The translations under genes and the position numbers were made by a program. DNA of 64,000 bases from a virus (lineage: Duplodnaviria > Caudoviricetes). A model generated the notes under the pieces. That model made no database searches and had not been told where the DNA came from. It was given only the letters and a program-made list of their open reading frames with translations. Shown piece by piece: positions 19,588 to 28,023 of the stretch (position 1 is the first letter of the stretch; the number at the start of each line of letters is the position of its first letter). The stretch covers positions 128,001 to 192,000 of IMG/VR virus record IMGVR_UViG_3300031420_000495. One strand, written 5' to 3'.

Positions 19588-19802
19588 TTCTCTAACTCTT
19601 CCAAACGTTTCAGCGCAGCTTCAAGCTGTTCAGTCAGTATTGCATTCGCTTCACGCTCAGATGCGAGCGTGGCGATTGCTTCGTGATTGACCAGTTCAAT
19701 CGCTTTGTAGTTGTTTATCTCAGCGCGCAGATATACCATCTGCGCTTCGAGCGACTTAACCAAACTAGCGTATGCACTGCAGCGTTTGCAAGGTGAGGTC
19801 AT
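19584..19802 (-). CDS. small coiled-coil protein
   Basis: Heptad-rich ORF; start uncertain because ATG 19802 overlaps the -10 box. Confidence 0.55.
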   Translation of the reverse strand: MTSPCKRCSAYASLVKSLEAQMVYLRAEINNYKAIELVNHEAIATLASEREANAILTEQLEAALKRLEELEK

Positions 19803-19829
19803 TATACACGAGTTCCTTAGGATTGCACA
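19801..19829 (-). promoter_or_regulatory. early-type promoter TGTGCA-N17-TATAAT
   Basis: tgtgca atcctaaggaactcgtg tataat. Confidence 0.7.
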
Positions 19830-21805
19830 ATGAATTCTTCGAAGTCCGCAGCCGGAGTTTCCAGCCACGATTTGCGGTCATCAGCACGCGAGCTGTTGAA
19901 AGCCAGATCGATTGCTTGCTTGTCTTCTTCGTCTTCCATCGTGACCTTGAACAGATACTTGTCCAGGTTCTCGAGGAACGCGGCAAACTGCGGGGTCTTC
20001 CAGGACGACAGGCCTTTGTAATACTTCATCGACCATTTCAGCTTCGCGCCAGCACTGGCTTCCCATTCGCGGAATTCGCGTTCGGTGAAGAACTCGAGTT
20101 CGGTCTTGTCCTTCAGCGTGACCAGAATAACCGGCGTACGCAGAATGTGGACGAAGCCCATGTCGAACAGTTCAGGCCAGAAGTGATCGATGACGTTCAT
20201 CAACAGACCACAGATGTGGAATCCGTCGACGTCGGCGTCAGCTGCAACCGCCAGCTTACCGAAGCGCAGTTCAGACAGCGAACGAACCGGCACACCGATC
20301 TGCAGGCCGATGATCGTCAGAATCTTCTGAATCTCGTTCGGCTCAACTTTCTTGCCGACCTTATCAGCTTCTTTCTTCTTGTCAAGACCCAACACACGTG
20401 CGATGTCTTTCTCGCGAACGTTCAGCGGTTTACCCTTCAGCGCGAACGAAGCGATGTACGGATTCTTGCCACGACCACCTTGAATCGACTTCGCAGCCGA
20501 ATCACCCTCTGCGAGGAACAGCACGCACTTGTGACGCTGTACGGTTTCCATTGCATCGGAGAACTTGCTGACTTTGCGTGGGTCCGCTTTGCCGAGTTCC
20601 TTGTTGTTTTTGCGCAAGTCCTTCATCAGCTCGGCTTGCTCTTTCGCTGCCGCCCAATCCAGGATCGATTGGATAATGTCCGTCTTCAGCAGCTTGGTGA
20701 TGAACTTCTCTGGGCAACGCCAGGTAGTTTTCCATTCGCTTGCCGGCGAAATCATGTTCTCTTTCGTCTGCGAACTGAAGCGCGGACGATTGATGTTGGC
20801 GCTGATGTAGATGCGCATGTGGCCACGGATGTCACCAGGCGAAACGTCGATCTTGTGTTTCTTCTTGATGGCCGCACGAACTTCATCGACGATCTGGTTG
20901 ATGCAGTAAGTGATGTGCGTACCGCCTTGATACGTTTCAACCGAGTTCACGAAGCTGATCTGCTCGAAGCCGTCGGACTTGGACACACCAACTTTCCAGT
21001 CAGGCGTATCGTCGTAGACGTATTCGTCCGTGTACATCGCGATGTAGTCGCTGAAGTCACGGGTCATGATCCGTTCGCCATTCACATAGAACTTGACTTT
21101 CGGATTTGTTGCCGCAGCATCAACAACTTTCTTGATGATCTTCAGCTTGTGGTCTTCGTCGAGCTTGTAGTGGCCAGCACTGTTGCGATCGATTTCACCC
21201 ATCTTGAAGAACGCGTAGTCAGGTGTGAACGTGATCTTCGTGTAGTTCTTGTCGTGTGCTTTGATTTTCGGATCGCTGATTTCCCGCATGCCGTTCTTGA
21301 ATTCTTGCTTCAGCAATTTCTTGCCGTCGCATGATTCGATCTTGAACGAGGTCGAGAGAACGTTGGTCAACGTCGAACCAACACCGTTCGTGCCGATCAA
21401 CTGTTGATCTTCTTCATCGTTGAAGTTCGAACCAGCTCGCAGATTGGAGAACACCGTCTCGGCAATGTACTTACCGGTTTGCGGGTGAATCTCGACAGGG
21501 ATACCGCGGCCGTTGTCTTGCACGGAGATGGAACCGTCATCGTTGATTTCGACGCGGATCGAATCGAGAACGTCAGGTGCACGGCGGCTTTCGTCGATTG
21601 CATTGTCCAGAATCTCCGAGAAGATTTTGACGAATGCTGGGATGACGCTGATTTCACGCAGCTCCATCCGTTTCGTGTCGACGTTATAGATGTATTCTTT
21701 CTGAGTTTGCACAGACGTCGAGCCGGCGTACATGCCGGTTCGTTTGCGGATGTGCTCAATCTCGTCGAGAACTTGATATGTTTGGGAGTGTGTTTTTGTA
21801 ATCAT
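19817..21805 (-). CDS. DNA topoisomerase II large subunit (GHKL ATPase + TOPRIM; gp39+gp60 fused)
   Basis: EHIRKRTGMYAGS, EILDNAIDE, DNGRGIP, GTNGVGS, AEGDSA, LKGKPLN, DADVDG, YYKGL. Confidence 0.95.
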   Translation of the reverse strand: MITKTHSQTYQVLDEIEHIRKRTGMYAGSTSVQTQKEYIYNVDTKRMELREISVIPAFVKIFSEILDNAIDESRRAPDVLDSIRVEINDDGSISVQDNGRGIPVEIHPQTGKYIAETVFSNLRAGSNFNDEEDQQLIGTNGVGSTLTNVLSTSFKIESCDGKKLLKQEFKNGMREISDPKIKAHDKNYTKITFTPDYAFFKMGEIDRNSAGHYKLDEDHKLKIIKKVVDAAATNPKVKFYVNGERIMTRDFSDYIAMYTDEYVYDDTPDWKVGVSKSDGFEQISFVNSVETYQGGTHITYCINQIVDEVRAAIKKKHKIDVSPGDIRGHMRIYISANINRPRFSSQTKENMISPASEWKTTWRCPEKFITKLLKTDIIQSILDWAAAKEQAELMKDLRKNNKELGKADPRKVSKFSDAMETVQRHKCVLFLAEGDSAAKSIQGGRGKNPYIASFALKGKPLNVREKDIARVLGLDKKKEADKVGKKVEPNEIQKILTIIGLQIGVPVRSLSELRFGKLAVAADADVDGFHICGLLMNVIDHFWPELFDMGFVHILRTPVILVTLKDKTELEFFTEREFREWEASAGAKLKWSMKYYKGLSSWKTPQFAAFLENLDKYLFKVTMEDEEDKQAIDLAFNSSRADDRKSWLETPAADFEEFIVQS

Positions 21806-21829
21806 TTAGGGTATTATATCACAACTGAA

Positions 21830-22060
21830 TTACGGAATGCAACGATAGCTTCGACCACAATATGACATGTCATAATCGAAATCTTCGATCGGCCCATCGT
21901 AGTTATACCCATTGCCGCATGAGCGGCAGGTAGCCCGAACACGGAGATACAGTCCGTCTGGAAGTTCAACGCTGTCTGGGTCAAATGGTTCTTTAGGTTG
22001 GACTTGATTGTCCGGATGGCGGTTGCTTGTGAGTTTCATTTTCACTACCTTTGGCGTCAA
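21830..22060 (-). CDS. small protein with CxxC
   Basis: CRSCG...YCGRSYRC. Confidence 0.55.
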   Translation of the reverse strand: MTPKVVKMKLTSNRHPDNQVQPKEPFDPDSVELPDGLYLRVRATCRSCGNGYNYDGPIEDFDYDMSYCGRSYRCIP

Positions 22061-22310
22061 GTATTGCCATGTCTGCTAACTGATCTTGTGCGTTGTCAAG
22101 TTCGTTGGAATCCAAGAGGCGATACTTGATCCACTTGGTGCCGTCTTTTATGAATGTCCAACCAACGGTTTCGCTTTCGCGGCGAAGATCGATAGCGACA
22201 TCGGGATTGATCTGTAGCAACGTCAGACCATTGAGGTCAGGTCGAAGTTGCGCAAGCGGGTCAATGATGTAGTGCATTTGATTATACCAGAGTTGTTTCC
22301 GTGTGTACAT
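21993..22310 (-). CDS. hypothetical protein (105 aa)
   Basis: ORF after terminator. Confidence 0.65.
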   Translation of the reverse strand: MYTRKQLWYNQMHYIIDPLAQLRPDLNGLTLLQINPDVAIDLRRESETVGWTFIKDGTKWIKYRLLDSNELDNAQDQLADMAILDAKGSENETHKQPPSGQSSPT

Positions 22311-22314
22311 AAAA

Positions 22315-22338
22315 ATAAAGGACCCGAAGGTCCTTTAT
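22315..22338 (-). terminator. intrinsic terminator with UUCG loop
   Basis: ataaaggacc-ttcg-ggtcctttat-ttttat. Confidence 0.8.
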
Positions 22339-22360
22339 CTATTCTTCTACTGCTTCCGAA

Positions 22361-22633
22361 TTAACGGCTGCACTGGTAGTGGCTGTAACCACGGTTACGG
22401 CAGTCATCGTAACGGCGGTCACGGCGGTCGTCACGACGATCGCGGTCGGAGTTGGCTCCGATCACACCACCGATGACTGCACCAGCAGCCGTTGCTCCAG
22501 TGGAGCCGTTACCAACCACGTTACCCAACACGCCGCCAACTGCAGCGCCGGTGAGGATACGGTTGTCGTGGTCAGAAGCGCAGCCCGTCAGGGTTGCTGC
22601 TGCCAATGCTACTGCGGCGATATAGGTACGTAT
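22361..22633 (-). CDS. glycine-zipper lipoprotein; apparent ATA start
   Basis: (M)RTYIAAVALAAATLTG-C lipobox; GAAVGGVLGNVVG...GAVIGGVIGA zipper; AAGGAG RBS 7 nt before an in-frame ATA. Confidence 0.75.
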   Translation of the reverse strand: MRTYIAAVALAAATLTGCASDHDNRILTGAAVGGVLGNVVGNGSTGATAAGAVIGGVIGANSDRDRRDDRRDRRYDDCRNRGYSHYQCSR

Positions 22634-22650
22634 GTTGTTTCTCCTTGAAA

Positions 22651-23022
22651 TTACTTCTGGTCGAGTTTGTCTTTCGAATCGTCGTTGTTTGGACGAGTCG
22701 TTTTCTGGTCGCCATCGGTAGTGGCGTCTTTTGCTGCCTGTGGAACTTCAGCTGCACCGTCTTTCACCTTGTCGGCGAGATGAGCTGCGCCGTCTTTGGT
22801 TTTGTCGATGATGCTGTGTGCACCTGCGCGGCCGTCAGCTTCAACGGAACGTGGTGTGTCGTTCTTCCCGTTCAGGAAGAAGTATGCTGCGACAGCGAGC
22901 AGCACAACGATCACGATTGCGCCGATGCCGAAGCCGGCTTTCTTTTCGACGACGGTCGTGTTGGTTTCGCGGGTTACGCGGTTGCGACGCAGATCGTCGT
23001 CATCACGGTTATTGTAATCCAT
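22651..23022 (-). CDS. single-TM envelope protein (123 aa)
   Basis: DDDD.RR N-terminus, one TM, charged C-terminus. Confidence 0.75.
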   Translation of the reverse strand: MDYNNRDDDDLRRNRVTRETNTTVVEKKAGFGIGAIVIVVLLAVAAYFFLNGKNDTPRSVEADGRAGAHSIIDKTKDGAAHLADKVKDGAAEVPQAAKDATTDGDQKTTRPNNDDSKDKLDQK

Positions 23023-23033
23023 AATTACCTCTT

Positions 23034-23594
23034 TTAGTTAGTTGAAGTGCTTGTTGAAGATGAATCGCTGTTTGCCGGTGTTGCTGGCAAATCTTGACTG
23101 TCGTCAGTGTTGTGATTGCGTTCGCGAGGAATCAGCGGTGCATCTACTGGTGCCGTCGCATCCTTTGCTGCGTTGGCCGCATCACGAGCTTCTTTCGCTT
23201 CTCGTGCACGACGTTCTGCAGCGCGAGCCGCTTCACGTGCTTCATCTGCCGCGCGACGTGCTTCGTACGAAGCGGAGTCAGGCAGACTTGGCGAAGGCGT
23301 CAACACAGGTGCTGGCGCCGGAACTGTTGGAACAACTACCGTGTCGGGAACCGGTTGCTGAACAATAACAGTCGATGGTACTACTGGTTGCCCTGGAACC
23401 ATAAAACTTTGTGGTTGTTCACGGAATGCCCAGTAGAGAATTGCGAGCAGAGCTAGAACAACAATAAGAACGATTGCCACTGTTGTACCAGTTGAGCTTC
23501 GCTCAACATAGTCGCGATTCGTCGTATACCGCTCACGGCGAATTTCGCGTCGTGTAACTTCATCGAAGTTACGGTCGTCGTCATCATAATTCAT
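23034..23594 (-). CDS. single-TM envelope protein with Pro-rich and REA-repeat region
   Basis: AGGAGG RBS 5 nt before ATG 23594; one TM; related N-terminus to the neighbouring gene. Confidence 0.75.
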   Translation of the reverse strand: MNYDDDDRNFDEVTRREIRRERYTTNRDYVERSSTGTTVAIVLIVVLALLAILYWAFREQPQSFMVPGQPVVPSTVIVQQPVPDTVVVPTVPAPAPVLTPSPSLPDSASYEARRAADEAREAARAAERRAREAKEARDAANAAKDATAPVDAPLIPRERNHNTDDSQDLPATPANSDSSSTSTSTN

Positions 23595-23600
23595 GGTCAC

Positions 23601-23669
23601 CTCCTATAAGCCACACTGTTGTGACATTGACATATTTATAGGAGAGTCACCAACTCCTACGTATTTATA
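23601..23669 (-). promoter_or_regulatory. tandem TATAAATA late promoters with alternative RBS-sequestering hairpins
   Basis: Boxes at 23633-23640 and 23662-23669; ctcctataa/ttataggag 9-bp inverted repeat covering the RBS. Confidence 0.75.
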
Positions 23670-24225
23670 CCAGGCGGAACGACTTCAGGAAGGCGATGAA
23701 CTCGGCTTCGACCGAACCGTTTTCGTAGCGGGTCACTTCGCCGGATTCGCTGGTATACTCCCAACCTTTGATGGATTCGTTCTTCTTGCGACGGAAGATC
23801 GCATCGAACCAGCTTGGGGTTATGAAGTCGACGTACTGCTTCGCGTTGAAATACTTTTCAGGCACGACAACTGCAGCAGCGGTCGCAGCGTTGTTCAAAC
23901 TTTGCTCGTCTTCGTGAAAGATGGTGATCGGCAATTCGATACCAGCGTTCACGAAATACTTCAGCTTCTCGTAAACTTCTTCGACACCGGCAGAGTTCAG
24001 CGCGTTGCAGATTATGATCGTCTTGTCGCGTTTGCACCACGTATCGTAGATGACGCGTGGTTCAGTGATCGGCGGAATCTTGTACACCATTTTCTGTGCG
24101 ATCAGATCGGCATGCATCTGGCTCACAGCATGAGCAGTTTGCAATCCACTTTGCAATGGACTGATATACAAACCGGCAACAAACGAGTAGAAGCGATATG
24201 CTGGGCGAATTGGTTGTGGAGTCAT
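23665..24225 (-). CDS. peptidyl-tRNA hydrolase II (Pth2)-like protein
   Basis: SPLQSGLQTAHAV...W...KTIIICN...FHEDEQSLNNAATAAAVV resembles the QxAHA / KIVL Pth2 pattern. Confidence 0.5.
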   Translation of the reverse strand: MTPQPIRPAYRFYSFVAGLYISPLQSGLQTAHAVSQMHADLIAQKMVYKIPPITEPRVIYDTWCKRDKTIIICNALNSAGVEEVYEKLKYFVNAGIELPITIFHEDEQSLNNAATAAAVVVPEKYFNAKQYVDFITPSWFDAIFRRKKNESIKGWEYTSESGEVTRYENGSVEAEFIAFLKSFRLV

Positions 24226-24322
24226 GAATTGTCCTAACGAAAGAAAGATTGTAACATGAAAATTTTGGTGGAACAACAAGTATGTAACACGATGTTTCAG
24301 TATCACAACAACACACAAAATT

Positions 24323-24350
24323 ATAGCATTAGCTGACAAATAAGAAAAGG
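24323..24350. repeat. 28-bp element, perfect inverted copy of 55891-55918
   Basis: Reverse complement = ccttttcttatttgtcagctaatgctat, identical to 55891-55918. Confidence 0.9.
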
Positions 24351-24373
24351 CCCGAACGTGTCGGGCCTTTTCT
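24343..24373. terminator. intrinsic terminator, 13-bp stem
   Basis: agaaaaggcccga-acgtg-tcgggccttttct. Confidence 0.85.
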
Positions 24374-24394
24374 CGAGTGTATGTGCGACGAGGA

Positions 24395-24787
24395 TTATTC
24401 GCCGTCGATGAAGGCCTTGTAGTCTTCCGGGACTTCGTTCGGCACGAGCGTGCAGTGGTCCAGAACCGACTTGGTACACGTGCGGCCAATCTCGAAGTCC
24501 GTGCCGAGGTGGACTTTGCCGAAGCCGAGGACGCCGATGCTCGAACGACCGCTCTCGTCGTGAATGGACGCGTCGTGTTCGGTGAGCATCAGCTCGGAAA
24601 AGCTGCCGCCGCCTTGCTTGCAGGCCTTGATCAGGTCTTTCGCTTCTTGCGAGATTTCGACTTCATCGGTGCGGATGACGCAGCCGAGTTGTCCGCCCGC
24701 GTTCGGGTCGTTCAGGAACTTGCCGTTCTCGTGATCGATTTCGACGCCGACGTTGCCTTTGTATGCGAAGATTTTTGCAGTGCTCAT
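24395..24787 (-). CDS. hypothetical protein (130 aa)
   Basis: Start MSTAKIF via ATGA coupling. Confidence 0.7.
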   Translation of the reverse strand: MSTAKIFAYKGNVGVEIDHENGKFLNDPNAGGQLGCVIRTDEVEISQEAKDLIKACKQGGGSFSELMLTEHDASIHDESGRSSIGVLGFGKVHLGTDFEIGRTCTKSVLDHCTLVPNEVPEDYKAFIDGE

Positions 24788-25290
24788 TGTTGCTCCAGTT
24801 GTGACGGCTCTTTCTTGAGCCATCCGATTGAAAGAATGTATGTGGCGTTTCCAGTCCACAGCTGATTCAGGTGACGCATTGAATGCTTGTACAAGTCCGG
24901 TCGGAAGTACATGATCCTTCCGAACAACCACGACTTCGACGGACCTTGCACCGTCAAGTGATTGTCATACGGTTGCGTGCACCACACGAAGATGTTCACG
25001 CGATGATGGCCGTAACCTTCAACTGCAGGATCAGTGTGCTCGGGTATTGCCGAGCCGTCCATGATCTTCAGAAGATAACAGTCGAACTTGAATCGATGTG
25101 AGGTCGCCAACAGCATCTTGCTGTATCGAGCGTCTTGGCGACCTTTGTCCCATCGAAACCATTTCGGTTGCATGATGCCTTCGGCAATCATCTTGCGTTC
25201 TTCCTCTTTGTGTATGCTGCGGATCAGCAGGTGCTCACGCAAAAGCTGAACCACGCAGAATACGATGACGCCGAGAAAAATCAGGCCCAT
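24784..25290 (-). CDS. hypothetical protein with N-terminal TM
   Basis: MGLIFLGVIVFCVVQLL start; the upstream part of the track ORF is a shadow of the next gene. Confidence 0.65.
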   Translation of the reverse strand: MGLIFLGVIVFCVVQLLREHLLIRSIHKEEERKMIAEGIMQPKWFRWDKGRQDARYSKMLLATSHRFKFDCYLLKIMDGSAIPEHTDPAVEGYGHHRVNIFVWCTQPYDNHLTVQGPSKSWLFGRIMYFRPDLYKHSMRHLNQLWTGNATYILSIGWLKKEPSQLEQQ

Positions 25291-25292
25291 GA

Positions 25293-25856
25293 TTAGAACA
25301 TGATGTTCAGGCCGACCAGAAGACCGATCACGATGCAGACGAACGACGCGATCATGTAGCCAACAGCCCACTCGTTGTCGATACTGCCCGACATGACGAA
25401 TTGTCGTTGTCGCAAGCCAAACAGCACCGGCTTGTATTCGTACGTTGCATTCGTGTACTTCTTCATCCGCAGCAGTACGACAGCCATTGTGAGGAAGAAC
25501 ACGACGATGCACCCACCGACGATCATGCCGATGATGTCCTTGCCGATCACCTTGTAGATGACGACGCCCATTGTCACGCGGCCGAGTGGTGTTGCCACGA
25601 ATTCGTTCGCAGCCATGCCGAGTTCTTTTGCTGCGCCGACTGCGGCCTTGCCCATGTTGCCGCCGAGTTCGACCCACTTCTCGGTTTCAGCGCGAGCCGT
25701 TGCCGAGATATTATCTGGCTTCTTTGCTTCCAGGTCTGCGACCATTTTCTGGACTTGAGCCTTTTGCTCGTCGCTCAGCTTCGAGTCGTCGATGGTTGCG
25801 GCGGATGCTGTGGCCATCAGCAGCGTGCTGGCCAGAATCATGAGGAACTTTTTCAT
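25293..25856 (-). CDS. exported/membrane protein (signal peptide + 2 TM)
   Basis: MKKFLMILASTLLMATASA signal peptide; hydrophobic segments. Confidence 0.8.
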   Translation of the reverse strand: MKKFLMILASTLLMATASAATIDDSKLSDEQKAQVQKMVADLEAKKPDNISATARAETEKWVELGGNMGKAAVGAAKELGMAANEFVATPLGRVTMGVVIYKVIGKDIIGMIVGGCIVVFFLTMAVVLLRMKKYTNATYEYKPVLFGLRQRQFVMSGSIDNEWAVGYMIASFVCIVIGLLVGLNIMF

Positions 25857-26033
25857 TTAACCTTCCACGGTTGGGTACGTCAGTTTGTCGGAGTCGGTGG
25901 CATCACGGAGTTTGATCCAGCCGATGCCGACCCATTCTTTCAGCACACCATTGTGCACGATCATCGGATGCGTTTTCTCGCCGCCGTTGACCATGGCAAT
26001 GGTGCTGCACTTGCTCGCAGGAATCGTGTTCAT
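25857..26033 (-). CDS. hypothetical protein (58 aa)
   Basis: ATGA coupling at 26030-26033. Confidence 0.6.
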   Translation of the reverse strand: MNTIPASKCSTIAMVNGGEKTHPMIVHNGVLKEWVGIGWIKLRDATDSDKLTYPTVEG

Positions 26034-26425
26034 ACGTACAAGAAGTTCGGATTCTTGCCGTCCCACAGCGCGATCGCGGACTCGAGCGCTTGCTTCGTGT
26101 GGAAGACTTGCGGAGTGCGCTTGTCGTAGTTGTACGGCCGCACGCCCAGGTCGCCGAGGTAGATGTACGACGCTTCGTCTTCGTAGTCGTAGCTTGCAGC
26201 ATGGAACTGGCGATCTTCTTGATTGACGTACGCAACCTTGATGCGATGGTACTTCCTGTCGACGTGACTGTCCACGATAACCAGCTCGACGGGCACGTAG
26301 CCTTTGGCACTTAGCGAGTAACCCGGCGCCCAGATACGCTGGCCCTCGATCAGATCGTCACCATGAACTTGCGTGGTCGAACGGCTGGAAATTTTGTTGA
26401 TGAATTCAGTTGCGCGGTTGGTCAT
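26030..26425 (-). CDS. hypothetical protein (131 aa)
   Basis: ORF with GAGG RBS. Confidence 0.7.
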   Translation of the reverse strand: MTNRATEFINKISSRSTTQVHGDDLIEGQRIWAPGYSLSAKGYVPVELVIVDSHVDRKYHRIKVAYVNQEDRQFHAASYDYEDEASYIYLGDLGVRPYNYDKRTPQVFHTKQALESAIALWDGKNPNFLYV

Positions 26426-26436
26426 GTGTGCCTCGA

Positions 26437-26880
26437 TTAGAAAGGAGCCGGGGTTTGGATCAGCGTGCCGAAGCGGCTGTTGTTCAGCGACTGATTGGTC
26501 AGGCCGGCGCGAGCTTCGCGCGTGGTCACGATGCGCAGCGAGTTGTCGCTGGAGCGGCGGATGACCGTCTGGGTACCGGTGGTACGCGGCTTCATGCCGA
26601 CGATGATGGACTTGACGCCGCCGATCGTGGTTTCTTGCTTGTACAGGTCTTTGGTGTCGCGGTACTTGAGGATTTCCTGAACGTACTTCGGATCGAGACC
26701 TTCGAGCAGCGGGTCAGCGATGACGGCTTCGAGCGTGGCCTTGATCGACTCAGCGGTGTACTTGATGCCGCCCAGCTGGATCGTGATTCCGAATTCTTTT
26801 TCGACGTTAGCCAGTGCAGCGTCGATTGCTGCGCGAACGTTGGCCAGATTGTTTTTGTCGAAGGAGGTCAGTTTGGTCAT
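26437..26880 (-). CDS. hypothetical early protein (147 aa)
   Basis: MTKLTSFDK start after early promoter. Confidence 0.7.
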   Translation of the reverse strand: MTKLTSFDKNNLANVRAAIDAALANVEKEFGITIQLGGIKYTAESIKATLEAVIADPLLEGLDPKYVQEILKYRDTKDLYKQETTIGGVKSIIVGMKPRTTGTQTVIRRSSDNSLRIVTTREARAGLTNQSLNNSRFGTLIQTPAPF

Positions 26881-26918
26881 GGTCTGCTTTCGTGAGAGTG
26901 TTTCGTTTCGATGGATAG

Positions 26919-26947
26919 ATAATACCCGAAACACCCTCACGTGCACA
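26919..26947 (-). promoter_or_regulatory. early-type promoter TGTGCA-N17-TATTAT
   Basis: tgtgca cgtgagggtgtttcggg tattat. Confidence 0.7.
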
Positions 26948-26950
26948 CTG

Positions 26951-27400
26951 TTATTTCGCTTCTTTTGCAGCTTGTGCGTCGATTACTCGTTGACGAAGTT
27001 CGCTTGTCGAGAAATCGTGTTTGCGGCTGTTGAAGTAAAACTGCATTGGAATGTCGTGACCAGTGAATTCCTTGCCTTCATACTCGTCACCCAAAATTCG
27101 GATGTCGATTGGATAAGCCAGCAGCACGTCGCGCAAGTCTTTCTCAGTTGCGTACACGACGACTTCATCCACGTACTTGCACGCTTCAAGTTGAATGAAG
27201 CGTTCGACGACAGATTGCACTGGCTTGTTTTTGTTTGGTCGGTCGATGGTTGGATCGGTCTGCAAACCGACAATGAGGTATTCACATTGTCGCTTCGCTT
27301 CCCGAAGCATCATTACGTGCCCCGCATGAAAGAGGTCAAAACACGATGCCGTAAATCCGGTCCTAACGTGTTCGGCGGGCTTTTCCGAGAGTTTTGCCAT
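26951..27400 (-). CDS. cytidylyltransferase-like nucleotidyltransferase (TagD/RfaE-C family)
   Basis: GFTASCFDLFHAGH (HxGH), LIVGLQTD, ER...ACKYVDEV, STSELR. Confidence 0.9.
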   Translation of the reverse strand: MAKLSEKPAEHVRTGFTASCFDLFHAGHVMMLREAKRQCEYLIVGLQTDPTIDRPNKNKPVQSVVERFIQLEACKYVDEVVVYATEKDLRDVLLAYPIDIRILGDEYEGKEFTGHDIPMQFYFNSRKHDFSTSELRQRVIDAQAAKEAK

Positions 27401-28023
27401 TTGATTCCTTCCTGAATCATGTTGATTGCTTTGTTGACATCATCGCCTGGAACTACAGCTTCCCAGACTTGCTTTGATTGCCACAGCCGTTCGTCGCCGG
27501 TGATCGACATCAAGCGGTCGCTGTGCGTCTTGACGATCTTCGCAATGCTTGCGTGCAGCTCTGCGAGTGTTTGACAGTCGAGCGCCTGCAAGTCCTGGGT
27601 GGTTCGTTCGTTGAGACGGTTGATCTTCGTCTTCTCTGGAACCGTCACGAACACCTTGAAGATGTCCCAGTTCTTGTCGCGGCAGTACTTGATGTACGAC
27701 TCGAGCCCTTGCGGTTCGAGGATGATGACCGGCGGCATGTTGCTGCGGTTTACTTTGTTTTCCATTTCGTCATGGGTCACGCCATAACGGTTACCGCGGA
27801 ACTCAGCGGTTTCGGCCAGTAGGCCTTCATGCTCGAGTCGATCAGCTTCTTCACGCGAGATGAAGTAGTAGTCGACGCCATGGACTTCGCCGGCACGCGG
27901 CTCACGAGTCGTGAAGCCGACGATACGATTCAGTCCGAGTTTTTCGAGATGTTCGATCAGATACGTCTTGCCCGAACATGTCGGTGCCGTAATCGTAATC
28001 AGTGTTGGATGGTTGAAGATCAT
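27313..28023 (-). CDS. guanylate kinase-like NMP kinase
   Basis: APTCSGKT P-loop, TTREPRAGEVHGVDYYF, FRGNRYG. Confidence 0.88.
   Translation of the reverse strand: MIFNHPTLITITAPTCSGKTYLIEHLEKLGLNRIVGFTTREPRAGEVHGVDYYFISREEADRLEHEGLLAETAEFRGNRYGVTHDEMENKVNRSNMPPVIILEPQGLESYIKYCRDKNWDIFKVFVTVPEKTKINRLNERTTQDLQALDCQTLAELHASIAKIVKTHSDRLMSITGDERLWQSKQVWEAVVPGDDVNKAINMIQEGIKWQNSRKSPPNTLGPDLRHRVLTSFMRGT

Noticed and set aside
19772-21334. 520-aa plus-strand ORF
   Set aside because: Antisense to topoisomerase; GC3-biased genes leave the opposite strand stop-poor
17135-21805. Split topoisomerase as novel
   Set aside because: Separate gp39/60 and gp52 subunits with intervening small genes is ordinary for T4-like phages
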